A DNA stretch of 62,811 nt, filler included, from an uncultured bacterium (GCA_964506785.1; 11 parts of 11 records of this genome joined end to end with filler, not necessarily neighbours in it); one strand, 5' to 3'; numbered from the whole stretch's first letter, positions 9,364 to 19,376 are shown. Notes: generated by a model not told the origin, from the letters alone. Numbers and translations are program-made.

Positions 9364-10125
9364 CTAAAGCTTCTTGGCAATAATAGAAGCATTCCAGTTT
9401 TTATCGCTAAGTTTTCTTTGTAAAGACATAAAGGGTGTATATGATAATATCTTAAAGCCACCCCTATTAAGAAATCTCTTTATCTCTTCAGGAAAGAAAA
9501 AACGCAGCCTATGGACTTCATTTGCTTTTTGCAACATTTTTTTTCCTTCGGTATGTAGTACCGTGTAATGAATCTTTACTAAGTGTCTCCTTGTATCAAG
9601 TACAGGCTGACAAATTCTGATAATCTTTTTTTTATTATTTATAACCACCTTTTTCCTATTAGCCGGCTTCACTGAAAGAACCCCTGGTGCCGACCAGATA
9701 TCGAATATAAATAACCCTCTATCCTTAAGATGAAAATTAACTTGATTTAAAAACTTAAGGATAATTTTATCTGCCAGCAAATAATTAAATACCGAAAACA
9801 TAGCTATCGCCGCATCAAACTTCCTATTAAGCCGAAAACCAGATATATCCTTATTTACCAATTTAACCTTTAACTTAGTATTAATCTTAACTTTCGCTAT
9901 AGAGAACATACATTTTGAAGATTCAATTCCAGCAAGGCTATAACCCCTTTTAGCCAAGGGGATTAGGTGCCCTCCAGTGCCGCATCCCAAATCGAGGATA
10001 TTTTCTACCGGCTTATCTGAAAATTCTTCAAAAATTTTTTCTAAAAAATCGCACTCAGCCGAATAATCTTTCTTTTTATAAAATAAATCATAAGAGTCTG
10101 CATAAATTTTGCCAAATGGTTTCAT
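9364..10125 (-). CDS. Class I SAM-dependent methyltransferase
   Basis: ILDLGCGTG, FDAAIAMFSV, GLFIFD. Confidence 0.88.
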   Translation of the reverse strand: MKPFGKIYADSYDLFYKKKDYSAECDFLEKIFEEFSDKPVENILDLGCGTGGHLIPLAKRGYSLAGIESSKCMFSIAKVKINTKLKVKLVNKDISGFRLNRKFDAAIAMFSVFNYLLADKIILKFLNQVNFHLKDRGLFIFDIWSAPGVLSVKPANRKKVVINNKKKIIRICQPVLDTRRHLVKIHYTVLHTEGKKMLQKANEVHRLRFFFPEEIKRFLNRGGFKILSYTPFMSLQRKLSDKNWNASIIAKKL

Positions 10126-10158
10126 TTATTACCTGGTAGTTATTGACTAAGACAGCTT

Positions 10159-11139
10159 TTAGTTATCTCCTAAATAAATCTTTCGAAAATAATCAGGCTG
10201 AGATAGCAGCTTAAAAACTTCCTTATCCGATAATCGAGCTCTTTTCTTTGCCAGGGCTCTTTTTTTCAAACAATCTTTTAATCTCCCGAGAGAGGCAAAG
10301 AATGAAATAGTAAAATATGGCCTGCCTGTAAAAAGGGCAATAATAAGAAAAAAAGGCAGGAAGAAAAAATGCTTGAGTAAAAGTGATTTATCAGAAATGT
10401 TCTTCCAGATAAATAGAAATGTATTGCGCCGATGGATAAACTCACGGGAGCCAGCAGCCAAAATTTTATTCATAGTCTCGCCATAGCTATGGTAAACCAC
10501 TGATTTAGGTTCATATAGTGATATCCAACCTCTCTTCCAGGCCCGATAAGAAAGGTCGGCATCATCCCAGTAGAGAGGGCGGAATAATTCATCGAAACCA
10601 CCAAGTTCCAAAAGCTTTATGCGGGAGAAAGCAGAACCCCCGGTAGAGACACAAAAAGCCTGGGTAATCGCATCTATTTCCCCGTTATCAACATCCAGAT
10701 GATCCCAAACAAATCCCCACTTGAATATTGCCCCCATCCGGCCGCCGCCGGCAAAATTTCTGTTATTCCCAGGTAACATCCGGCTATTTACCGCAAATAT
10801 TCTTTTATCTTTGAAATGATTAAGAAGCGGATGTAAAAAGTCCTTTTTTACCTCAACATCGTTGTCTAAAAATACAATCATATCGTTTTGGCTTTCCTTT
10901 ATTCCGGTATTGTGGACAGCAATAGTTCCCTTCTGTTCTCCCAGTTCAATTAATTTGATTTGAGGAAAATTCTTTTTGATAAATTCCCGGCTATCATCCT
11001 TGCTTCCATCATCAATAACAATTATTTCATGTTCCCCTTCATCAAACTGAACAGCTTCTATGACGGAAGGCAAGTTTTTTTCTAACAATACCTTACCATT
11101 AAAATTAGCAATAACAATACTCGCTTTAAGGTTTTCCAT
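10159..11139 (-). CDS. Glycosyltransferase family 2
   Basis: IVIDDGSKD, FLDNDV, GGFDELF, DDADLSYRAWKRG. Confidence 0.88.
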   Translation of the reverse strand: MENLKASIVIANFNGKVLLEKNLPSVIEAVQFDEGEHEIIVIDDGSKDDSREFIKKNFPQIKLIELGEQKGTIAVHNTGIKESQNDMIVFLDNDVEVKKDFLHPLLNHFKDKRIFAVNSRMLPGNNRNFAGGGRMGAIFKWGFVWDHLDVDNGEIDAITQAFCVSTGGSAFSRIKLLELGGFDELFRPLYWDDADLSYRAWKRGWISLYEPKSVVYHSYGETMNKILAAGSREFIHRRNTFLFIWKNISDKSLLLKHFFFLPFFLIIALFTGRPYFTISFFASLGRLKDCLKKRALAKKRARLSDKEVFKLLSQPDYFRKIYLGDN

Positions 11140-12277
11140 TTCTTTTTTTCAATAAATCCAGATAAACCTCTTCTGTTTCGGAAACATTTTTCCCAATACT
11201 GAAGAATTTTTCTACTCTCTTTCTTCCGGCTCGACCCAACTCTATGGCCTTTTCTTTATCACCAACTAGTTTTATGATTCCTTTAGCTAAAGCTTTAGAA
11301 TCTTTTGGGGAAACCAATATCCCTGTTTCCCCATTAAGAACTATTTCCGGTGAAGCTCCACTATCGGCCGCCACGACTGGCTTGGCCATAGCCATTGCTT
11401 CTATCATAACCCGGCCAAAAGGCTCAGCATCTGAGGCCATAACTAAAATATCTAAAGCCGAAAGAACCTGGGGAATATCTTCTCTGAAACCAGTAAAAAT
11501 AACTGTCTCTGACAGGTTCAAACTTTTAGTCAAATTTTTAAGTTCAGCTTTGTATCGTCTATTTTTAGAGAAAAACGCTTCCCCGACGATAAGGAATTTT
11601 ACCTCCGGGAAAATATTTATAACTTCCTTAGCTGCTTGGATAAAATATCTCTGGCCTTTACGGGGATCTAGGCGTCCGGCTATTCCTATTAACGGTGTGC
11701 CTTTATCTATATTAAATTGTCTCCTTATTTCATCTCCTTTTATATTTACATTAAACTTCCCTAAATCCACCCCATTATAGATAGCTATTATCTTAGATGG
11801 AGATTTCCCTTTTTTTATAAACCGGGATTTAATTATATTCGAGTTACATATTAATCTACCAGTTAGCCCTAAAAACAAACGGTCTATGTCAATCATCCCT
11901 TTATCCAATAGATTACGAGCGTGCCAAACTACAGGTACCCCAGTAAACTTAGATACAACGGAACCTAAAAGATTAGTCCTCGGAGTTTGAGAATGAATTA
12001 AATGAATATTTCTCTCCCTCACTAAGTGAATCAACTTTATTGTTTCTTTTACTAAAGAGAAAATATTTAAAATTCTCTTAATAGGTAATATTTCGTATTT
12101 TACCCCTGTTTCATTTAACTTATCCAGGAAAAACCCTTTATCTGGACAAATAACCAGGGGATTAAATTTATCTTTGTTTAAATTTCTTAAAAGCTCTAAA
12201 ATACTATTTTCGGCTCCACCAAATATAGAAGCTTGATGAAGATATAAGATATTAAATCTTTGTTGGGCTTTATCCAT
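11126..12277 (-). CDS. Glycosyltransferase family 4
   Basis: GGAE, YNGVD, EPFGRVMIEAMA. Confidence 0.9.
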   Translation of the reverse strand: MDKAQQRFNILYLHQASIFGGAENSILELLRNLNKDKFNPLVICPDKGFFLDKLNETGVKYEILPIKRILNIFSLVKETIKLIHLVRERNIHLIHSQTPRTNLLGSVVSKFTGVPVVWHARNLLDKGMIDIDRLFLGLTGRLICNSNIIKSRFIKKGKSPSKIIAIYNGVDLGKFNVNIKGDEIRRQFNIDKGTPLIGIAGRLDPRKGQRYFIQAAKEVINIFPEVKFLIVGEAFFSKNRRYKAELKNLTKSLNLSETVIFTGFREDIPQVLSALDILVMASDAEPFGRVMIEAMAMAKPVVAADSGASPEIVLNGETGILVSPKDSKALAKGIIKLVGDKEKAIELGRAGRKRVEKFFSIGKNVSETEEVYLDLLKKRNGKP

Positions 12278-12285
12278 CTCTCAAT

Positions 12286-13176
12286 TCATGTCTTTATTGC
12301 TTTAAAAAACCATTCATTTTCTTTATATTTCCGATATTTCAAGTCTCTGAAAAGGCCTTCAAATAATCCCTGGATTTCTTCATAAGTAAAAAGGAAATCT
12401 GGTATATACCGTAGCCTTCTAATAATACGCCTGCCCAGAGTTGCAAAATCTCCTTTTAATACATCTTTACTTCCTTTCCCAAGATACTGGGAAATTTTAG
12501 GTTTTTCTTTATATTTTTCCTCGAAGCAATAAGTAGCTAAAATTATCTTCCCCCCTTTTTTTAAAACCCTGTGGGCTTCTTTGAAAACATCATGGGGAGA
12601 ATTAACATGGTCTAAAGCAGAGATAATTAAAACATTGTCGAAGGATTCTTCCTTAAAAGGCAAATATTCCCCAACGGCCAAAAAAAACGGAAAAGGGGTT
12701 TTAACGCAAGGAAAGATTTCTTCTAATGCAACATTAATTTTAGGATAATTAATCCAATCTTCAGGATCTACACCCCAATAATTAACGTTCCCTAAAAAAT
12801 GCCGAGCTATCCCGCAAGCCGAGCCAATATCTAAAACTGAGTTTCTAATAGAGCAAAAATCATAGAAAAGATTTTCTAATGCAGGTATCGTTTGATTAGT
12901 ATTTTCTTCCGTCCATTCAGCCATAGCCCTATTAAACTGCTCTATTTTCCGCTTCCAGCTATTCCAATTATTATCTTTAACCGTTTTTTTTAATCTTAAT
13001 TCATCCGGCAGCATATTGGGGATACCTTTGACAATTGGATAGACCCGGTGGCAATCGGTGCAGCTTATTTTTCCCTCAGTGATTTTCTCCTTTTCAAAAA
13101 ATGCGGATTCCAGCTTTAACGGAAAGCTTTTGCATACCGGGCAAAGCATGGTATCAAGCATATTTTTAGTTAACAT
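12286..13176 (-). CDS. SAM-dependent methyltransferase with N-terminal Trm112-like zinc domain
   Basis: CPVC...CTDC..YPIVKGIPNMLP, then VLDIGSACG, LPFKEESFD, HRVLKKGG. Confidence 0.8.
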   Translation of the reverse strand: MLTKNMLDTMLCPVCKSFPLKLESAFFEKEKITEGKISCTDCHRVYPIVKGIPNMLPDELRLKKTVKDNNWNSWKRKIEQFNRAMAEWTEENTNQTIPALENLFYDFCSIRNSVLDIGSACGIARHFLGNVNYWGVDPEDWINYPKINVALEEIFPCVKTPFPFFLAVGEYLPFKEESFDNVLIISALDHVNSPHDVFKEAHRVLKKGGKIILATYCFEEKYKEKPKISQYLGKGSKDVLKGDFATLGRRIIRRLRYIPDFLFTYEEIQGLFEGLFRDLKYRKYKENEWFFKAIKT

Positions 13177-13189
13177 AAACGTTTTACCT

Positions 13190-13279
13190 TTAAGTCCTTC
13201 TAAATAGTTCTTTGAATAAAATAACGTCCTCTTTGGTAATGGCCTTTAAGATAAAAAGGCCGATAGAATAAGTAATTGC
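13190..13279 (-). CDS. C-terminal fragment, possibly a polysaccharide flippase
   Basis: Manual translation AITYSIGLFILKAITKEDVILFKELFRRT*; open to contig end. Confidence 0.45.
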   Translation of the reverse strand, partial: AITYSIGLFILKAITKEDVILFKELFRRT

Positions 13280-13379
13280 NNNNNNNNNNNNNNNNNNNNN
13301 NNNNNNNNNNNNNNNNNNNNNNNTTAATTAATTAANNNNNNNNNNNNNNNNNNNNNNNNNNNNNNNNNNNNNNNNNNNN
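13280..13379. other. Artificial contig linker
   Basis: N-run, TTAATTAATTAA, N-run. Confidence 0.98.
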
Positions 13380-13847
13380 ATGTATCCTAAAAAACATTTA
13401 TATGGCCTTGATTTTGTCCAGTCCTCACGCGATTTAATTAATAAAATCGGCAAAAAATATAAGTGGAAACTAACCGGCCATATCTTCGATATGTTAAAAC
13501 CGGATGAAAATTTTAAAATAAAGGAGAATAGTGTTGTTTTTACCATTGGCGCTATAGAGTAGTTAGCCAGTAAAGTCGAATTATTTCTGCAATTTCTTTT
13601 AAATAGTTCTCCGGGGTTATGTCTGCATGTTGAGCCGACTATTGAGTTATATGACCAAAATAACCTTATTGATTACCTGGCAGTGAGATTCCATAGGAAA
13701 AGAGGCTATACGGAAAACTTCTTAACCAGGTTGAAGGAGTTGGAGGCGAAAGGGAAAATCGAAATTTTAAAGGTTAAAAGACTTTTTTTTGGAAGTTTAT
13801 ATATGGAGGGATATTCCTGTATTATCTGGAAGATAAAGAAACGATAA
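13380..13847 (+). pseudogene. Methyltransferase-like CDS (5' truncated by contig edge) interrupted by an in-frame TAG at 13560-13562
   Basis: Frame stays open and protein-like after the stop: FTIGAIE*LASKVELFLQFLL...LHVEPTIELYD...FHRKRGY...IIWKIKKR, TAA at 13845-13847. Confidence 0.7.
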
Positions 13848-13864
13848 AAAAGGGGTGATTTTTT

Positions 13865-14644
13865 ATGGATTTAGGGATTAAAGGGAAGTATGCACTGGTT
13901 ACCGGAGGCAGCCACGGAATAGGGCGAAGCATTGCTCTAGCCCTGGCCGATGAAGGATGCAATGTAGCCATTTGTGCCCGGGAGAAAGAACGTTTAGATA
14001 AGGTAGTGGGGGAGCTTAAGGCAAAGGGTGTCGAAAGTATCGGTATACCTGCCGATGTGCTGAGCCCAGAGGATATCGAGCGGGTGATGAAAACTATTAA
14101 CGATACCTGGGGGGCGATTCATATTTTGGTAAATAATGCCGGAGGCGGCGGAAGATGGGGAAGTGAAACCTTTGAGAAAACATCTGATGAGGTCTGGAGG
14201 GATGTTTATAATAAAAATGCTTTAGCCGCGGCCCGGTTTACGATGAAAGCCATTCCATTTATGAAAAAGCAAAAATGGGGCCGGGTGGTTACAATTACTT
14301 CTATATACGGACGGGAAGGTGGCGGGCGGCCCTGGTTTAATATGGCAAAGAGCGCGGAAATCAGCCTGATGAAAACACTGGCGATGAATTTTGATTTGGT
14401 AAGAAGCGGCATTACCTTTAATAGCATTGCCCCGGGGGCTGTTATGATTCCAGATACTGGCTGGGAAAAGGAAAGGAAAGAAGACCCGGAATGGTTTAAA
14501 AAATATGTTTCCCAGCTTCCGCTTGGCCGTCTGGGTAGCCCTGAGGAAGTAGCTAGTGTTGTTCTATTTGTCTGTTCAAAAGAGGCGAGTTTACTTAACG
14601 GGGCATCAATCCCGGTGGATGGGTCAGAAGGCAGGAGTTTTTGA
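13865..14644 (+). CDS. Short-chain dehydrogenase/reductase (classical SDR, FxxxK instead of YxxxK)
   Basis: TGGSHGIG, LVNNAG, PLGRLGSPEEVA. Confidence 0.88.
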   Translation: MDLGIKGKYALVTGGSHGIGRSIALALADEGCNVAICAREKERLDKVVGELKAKGVESIGIPADVLSPEDIERVMKTINDTWGAIHILVNNAGGGGRWGSETFEKTSDEVWRDVYNKNALAAARFTMKAIPFMKKQKWGRVVTITSIYGREGGGRPWFNMAKSAEISLMKTLAMNFDLVRSGITFNSIAPGAVMIPDTGWEKERKEDPEWFKKYVSQLPLGRLGSPEEVASVVLFVCSKEASLLNGASIPVDGSEGRSF

Positions 14645-14647
14645 AAA

Positions 14648-15643
14648 ATGATAAAAGAGGATGTTTTAAAAAGTTTTAGAGGCAGAAACGTTTTGGTCAC
14701 CGGTGGTACCGGTATGATCGGGAGACAGATCGTGGATATTTTGTGTGATGCCGGGGCAAAAGTTAAAATAGTCTCTTTAGATAACATAAAAATAAACGAT
14801 AAAGCCGAGCATGTTCTTGGAGACCTGACTAATTTTGGGTTTTGTAAAAGAGAGACAAAAGGCATAGATTTTATTTTTCATGTAGCCGGGATAAAAGGTT
14901 CGATAGAGGTTACCAAGACAAAACCGGCGAGTTTTTTTGTTCCGTTATTAATGTTTAATACCAACGTATTAGAAGCTTCGCGGGTTAACAAAGTTAAAAA
15001 GGTTGTCTACACAAGTTCCATTGGTGCATATTCAAGCGCTGAAGTTTTTAAAGAGACCGAGAATCTTGAGGGCCCTCCGATGGATATGTTCCCCGGATGG
15101 GCAAAAAGAATGGCGGAGCTGCAGATTCAAGCCTATAAAGTTCAATATGGCTTAAACAATTTCTCGATTGTCCGGCCCTGCAACGTCTACGGCCCCGGAG
15201 ATAATTTTGACCCAAATAACGCTATGGTCATTCCTTCTTTAATGTACAGGATATACCGTAAAGAAGACCCGGTTTTAATCTGGGGGGATGGCACGGCCAT
15301 ACGAGATTTTGCTTACAGCCGGGATGTTGCCGAAGGGGTAATCTTAGCCCTTTATCATGGAACAAATTCAAGTTTCGTGAATTTGGGAAGCGGGAAAGGT
15401 TATTCTATTAAAGAGTTGGTTGAGACGCTTAGAAGTTTTCTTTCTTTTAATTATAGATTCGATACGACTAAACCTTCAGGGTTTCCCAGAAGGGTTATGG
15501 ATATAACCTTAGCCAGGAAATTAATTGGGTATAGCCCGAAGACTTCTTTAGTGGATGGATTAAAAGAAACCTGGGATTGGTTTATAAATAATCAGGATGA
15601 GTATTTAAAAAGGAAAAATTACTTTAAGGAAAAGGGGCTTTAA
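14648..15643 (+). CDS. GDP-L-fucose synthase-like NAD-dependent epimerase/reductase
   Basis: TGGTGMIG, RPCNVYGPGDNF, VIPSL, WGDGTAIRDF. Confidence 0.8.
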   Translation: MIKEDVLKSFRGRNVLVTGGTGMIGRQIVDILCDAGAKVKIVSLDNIKINDKAEHVLGDLTNFGFCKRETKGIDFIFHVAGIKGSIEVTKTKPASFFVPLLMFNTNVLEASRVNKVKKVVYTSSIGAYSSAEVFKETENLEGPPMDMFPGWAKRMAELQIQAYKVQYGLNNFSIVRPCNVYGPGDNFDPNNAMVIPSLMYRIYRKEDPVLIWGDGTAIRDFAYSRDVAEGVILALYHGTNSSFVNLGSGKGYSIKELVETLRSFLSFNYRFDTTKPSGFPRRVMDITLARKLIGYSPKTSLVDGLKETWDWFINNQDEYLKRKNYFKEKGL

Positions 15644-16147
15644 ATGATAGAGATATGCAAGACAAACCTGGGAGGGGTTTTATTGATTAAACCCACTTTT
15701 TTTGAGGATCACCGCGGCTATTATTTGGAATTATATAACGAGAAATTATATAAGTCAAAAGGAGTAGAGGTTGATTTTGTGGAAGACGACATCTCTATTG
15801 CCACCAGAGGAGTAATTAAAGGAATACACGGCGATGCTGTAACCTGGAAGCTAATATCCTGCCTGCACGGAGAATTCCAACTGGCGGTCATAAACTATAA
15901 TAGGGAATCAAAGGACTTTGGTAAATGGCAGTCGTTTGTTTTATCGGATGCCAATAAACACCAGGTGCTTGTTCCCCCCAAGCATGGCAATGGACACCTA
16001 TGTTTAAGCGAAAAATCTATTTTTCACTATAAACAGTCTGCTTACTATGATCCCGCCAGGCAGTTTACGATAAAATGGAATGACCCTAGATTCAATATTC
16101 AGTGGCCGATTAAAAATCCAATTTTGTCAAAAAGAGATGGCGCCTAA
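15644..16147 (+). CDS. RmlC-family NDP-4-keto-sugar 3,5-epimerase
   Basis: FEDHRG, GVIKGIHG, VPPKHGNGH, WNDP..IQWP..PILSKRD. Confidence 0.85.
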   Translation: MIEICKTNLGGVLLIKPTFFEDHRGYYLELYNEKLYKSKGVEVDFVEDDISIATRGVIKGIHGDAVTWKLISCLHGEFQLAVINYNRESKDFGKWQSFVLSDANKHQVLVPPKHGNGHLCLSEKSIFHYKQSAYYDPARQFTIKWNDPRFNIQWPIKNPILSKRDGA

Positions 16148-16165
16148 AAATTTCATTTTGGGGAA

Positions 16166-17035
16166 ATGCTTTATATTACTTCCTTGTGTTCAAAAAAAGA
16201 GAGAATAGATGAGGCTATCAAGGAGCTGGCGCAGTTAGGCTTTAAAAATATTGAACTTACCGGAAAAACAAAATTTTACAGTGGTATCAAAAAAGATTTA
16301 TTTGATTTAAAAAATAAATACCAGCTAAATTTCCTTATTCATAATTATTTTCCTCCCCAGGCCGATGAGTTTGTGCTGAATCTTGCTTCTGAAGATGCTG
16401 CCTTGAAAGAAAAAACTTTAACTTTAATAAAAGAGGCAGTTGGCCTTCTAAGGGAATTTGAAGTAGAATTATACAGCATCCATCCGGGATTTAGGAAGGA
16501 TTTATCTCCCAAATTACAAGATGGATTTTTTGCTAATAAGACTGAAACCTTTACTCGCAGGGAAAATTTCTACCAAATGTTGGATTTTGTCGTGAAGGAA
16601 ATTGTCCCTGAGGGCTTTAGAATTGCTGTGGAGAATCTTTGCCCGAAGGCATCTACTGATTTATATTCTTTTGTCAGTAGTCCACGAGATATCGAAGAAT
16701 TTTTAGGTTTTTTTCAGGATAAACCCAATATAGGGATTCTGCTAGACTTCGGGCATTTAAATGTTACTTCTAATTATCTGAATTTTGACAAAGCTAAAAT
16801 AGCCAAGGAGCTATTTCTTAAATATAAAGACCGAATATTTGAAGTGCATCTGTCAGAAAATGACGGCTATAAGGATTCCCATAATATTTCTTCCATCGAT
16901 TCCTGGCAGATAGAACTTTTAGCGAAAAATAAAGAGGCGATACGGGATATCCCAATTGTTCTGGAGTGGCATTATGCCGCCGGTCCGTCGGCCTATAGAA
17001 ATTTTGAAGCGATTAAAAATAAATTAGGTTTTTGA
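16166..17035 (+). CDS. Sugar-phosphate isomerase/epimerase (TIM barrel, AP-endonuclease-2-like)
   Basis: HNYFPP, SIHPG, AVEN, LLDFGH, EVHLSENDG..DSH, VLE. Confidence 0.75.
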   Translation: MLYITSLCSKKERIDEAIKELAQLGFKNIELTGKTKFYSGIKKDLFDLKNKYQLNFLIHNYFPPQADEFVLNLASEDAALKEKTLTLIKEAVGLLREFEVELYSIHPGFRKDLSPKLQDGFFANKTETFTRRENFYQMLDFVVKEIVPEGFRIAVENLCPKASTDLYSFVSSPRDIEEFLGFFQDKPNIGILLDFGHLNVTSNYLNFDKAKIAKELFLKYKDRIFEVHLSENDGYKDSHNISSIDSWQIELLAKNKEAIRDIPIVLEWHYAAGPSAYRNFEAIKNKLGF

Positions 17036-17057
17036 TTTAAAACGGGGAGGAACTAGT

Positions 17058-18032
17058 ATGTTTGAAATGTACAAAAATAAGAAAATTCTGGTTGCCGGCG
17101 GAGCTGGTTTTGTCGGGACAAATCTAATAAAAAAACTTCTTCTTTTTGATTTTGATATTCGGGCCACAATGTATAGGAAAAAGCCAGCCATTGTAAAGAG
17201 GAAGGTCGAATATGTAAGATGTGACTTGACTAAAAAAGAAGACTGTCAGAAGGTGTCCAAAGACGTGGATTATGTTTTTATGTGCGCGGCCAATACCTCC
17301 GGGGCGGCGGTTATGGAGAAAACGCCGCTGGTGCATGTTACACCTAATGTCCTGATGAACACATTATTGTTAGAAGCCGCTTATGAAGCAGGGGTTAAAA
17401 AGTTTTTGTTTATTAGCAGTAATACGGTGTATCCAGTAACGGAGCATCCGGTAAAAGAAGAGGAGATGATGCAGGGAGAGTTGTTTGAGAAGTATTTCTG
17501 TGTTGGTTGGATGAAAAGATTTACAGAAATTCTTTGCCAGATGTATGCAGAAAAAATAAAAAAACCGATGAAAACGATTGTTGTAAGACCCGCAAATATA
17601 TACGGGCCGTATGACGATTTTAAGTGGGAAACCTCTCATGTGATCCCGGCCTTGATACGTAAAGTGGTAGAAAGGCAGGCACCTCTTGAAGTATGGGGTG
17701 ACGGCACTGATATAAAAGAATTCATCTATATTGATGATTTTATCGAAGGGGTGCTGTTGGCAATGGAAAAAATTGAGGAATTTAGCCCTATTAATATAGC
17801 GGCCGGCAGGCCAATCAGTATAAAAGAGGCTCTCCAGAGTATACTTAAAGCCGGTGATTATAAAGATGCAGAAATTATTTTTGATACTTCTAAACCGACA
17901 ATGATTTCCAAACGTTTAATTGATACTTCTAAAGCAAAGAAGCTTCTGGGATTCGAAGCAAAAATTTCGTTTGAAGAAGGCATAAAAAGAACTATCGATT
18001 GGTATAAAGGGACAGTTAAAAATAAAACTTAA
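17058..18032 (+). CDS. Second GDP-L-fucose synthase-like NAD-dependent epimerase/reductase
   Basis: GGAGFVG, RPANIYGPYD, SHVIPALIRK, VWGDG. Confidence 0.8.
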   Translation: MFEMYKNKKILVAGGAGFVGTNLIKKLLLFDFDIRATMYRKKPAIVKRKVEYVRCDLTKKEDCQKVSKDVDYVFMCAANTSGAAVMEKTPLVHVTPNVLMNTLLLEAAYEAGVKKFLFISSNTVYPVTEHPVKEEEMMQGELFEKYFCVGWMKRFTEILCQMYAEKIKKPMKTIVVRPANIYGPYDDFKWETSHVIPALIRKVVERQAPLEVWGDGTDIKEFIYIDDFIEGVLLAMEKIEEFSPINIAAGRPISIKEALQSILKAGDYKDAEIIFDTSKPTMISKRLIDTSKAKKLLGFEAKISFEEGIKRTIDWYKGTVKNKT

Positions 18033-18038
18033 AGGGAG

Positions 18039-19043
18039 ATGATAGAAATGATTATTAGCCGAACACCTTTTCGCATATCTTTTTTTGGCGGGGGAACGGA
18101 TTATCCTGATTGGTACCGGGAACATTCCGGGGCAGTTTTATCTACCAGTATTGATAAGTATTGCTATATCAGTTGCCGTCTCCTGCCTCCCTTTTTTGAT
18201 TATAGATACCGAATTGTCTATACTCAACGGGAAGAGGCTAATAAAATATCTGAAATTGAACATCCGGCAGTAAGGGAAACCCTTAATTTTTTAAAAGAAA
18301 AGCAGGGCTTACATATACATCATGACGGAGATTTACCGGCCAGGACCGGACTTGGTTCTAGTTCCACATTTACCGTCGGACTGCTTAATGCGCTTTATGC
18401 CTTGAGAGGAAAGATGATTTCTAAAAAGCAGCTGACTCTGGACGCCATTCATATAGAGCAGGATTTGATTAAAGAGCATGTTGGTTCGCAGGATCAGACT
18501 ATTGCCGCTTTTGGCGGATTTAATAAAATTGAATTCACCAGGGATAATATCGAAGTTCATCCCATAACCCTGGAAGGCAGCAAAATAGATTTTTTTCAGA
18601 GGCATATAATGATGTATTTTACCGGTTTTTCCAGAATTTCATCAGAGGTAGCCAAACATCAGATCAAAGCCATACCGGATAAACGGAAGGAATTAAAAAC
18701 AATGTATGAAATGGTGAAAGAGGCGGTGAATATACTTAATAACAATCATCAGTCTTTCGATGCTTTTGGGAAACTTTTGCATGAAAGCTGGAAGCTAAAG
18801 AGGAGTTTGACCGATAAGATATCTACCTCATCTATAGACCAGATATATGAGGCAGCCAGAAGCTCAGGTGCTTTAGGTGGAAAACTACTGGGTGCCGGGG
18901 GCGGCGGTTTTATGGTCTTTTTTGTAAGGCCCGAACTTCAGACGAAAATTAGGGAAAAACTAAATAAATTGCTTTATGTCCCTGTCAGGTTTGAACGGCT
19001 GGGAAGTCAGATAGTTTATTACCGGCCTGACTACAATTTTTGA
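18039..19043 (+). CDS. hddA: D-glycero-alpha-D-manno-heptose 7-phosphate kinase (GHMP)
   Basis: RTPFRISFFGGGTD, PARTGLGSSS, GSQDQ, GGKLLGAGGGGF. Confidence 0.88.
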   Translation: MIEMIISRTPFRISFFGGGTDYPDWYREHSGAVLSTSIDKYCYISCRLLPPFFDYRYRIVYTQREEANKISEIEHPAVRETLNFLKEKQGLHIHHDGDLPARTGLGSSSTFTVGLLNALYALRGKMISKKQLTLDAIHIEQDLIKEHVGSQDQTIAAFGGFNKIEFTRDNIEVHPITLEGSKIDFFQRHIMMYFTGFSRISSEVAKHQIKAIPDKRKELKTMYEMVKEAVNILNNNHQSFDAFGKLLHESWKLKRSLTDKISTSSIDQIYEAARSSGALGGKLLGAGGGGFMVFFVRPELQTKIREKLNKLLYVPVRFERLGSQIVYYRPDYNF

Positions 19044-19050
19044 TTCATAT

Positions 19051-19376
19051 ATGGATAGCCGATTGCAAAGTATAGATGTAGTTATCCTCTGCGGAGGGTT
19101 AGGAAAAAGATTAAGACCGGTGGTGGATGGCCGCCCAAAATCCATGGCTGATGTTAATCGCCGTCCTTTTTTAAATGTTCTGTTGCAATATATAAATTCT
19201 TATGGATTTAAAAGGGCTGTTTTATGCACCGGTTATATGGGCGGAATAATTAGAGAATATTATCAAAAAAACTCAACTTCCTTAAAGATAGTATATTCTG
19301 AAGAAAAAGAGCCATTAGGTACCGGCGGTGCGCTGAAAAAATCAGAGCCCTTGATAAAAAGCAAAACTTTTTTAGT
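19051..19376 (+). CDS. hddC: Heptose-1-phosphate guanylyltransferase (3' truncated)
   Basis: ILCGGLGKRLR...PKSMA, EKEPLGTGGA; follows hddA. Confidence 0.75.

Noticed and set aside
13560-13562. Alternative genetic code or pyrrolysine readthrough
   Set aside because: Only one case, TAG terminates other genes normally, and prfA is intact.
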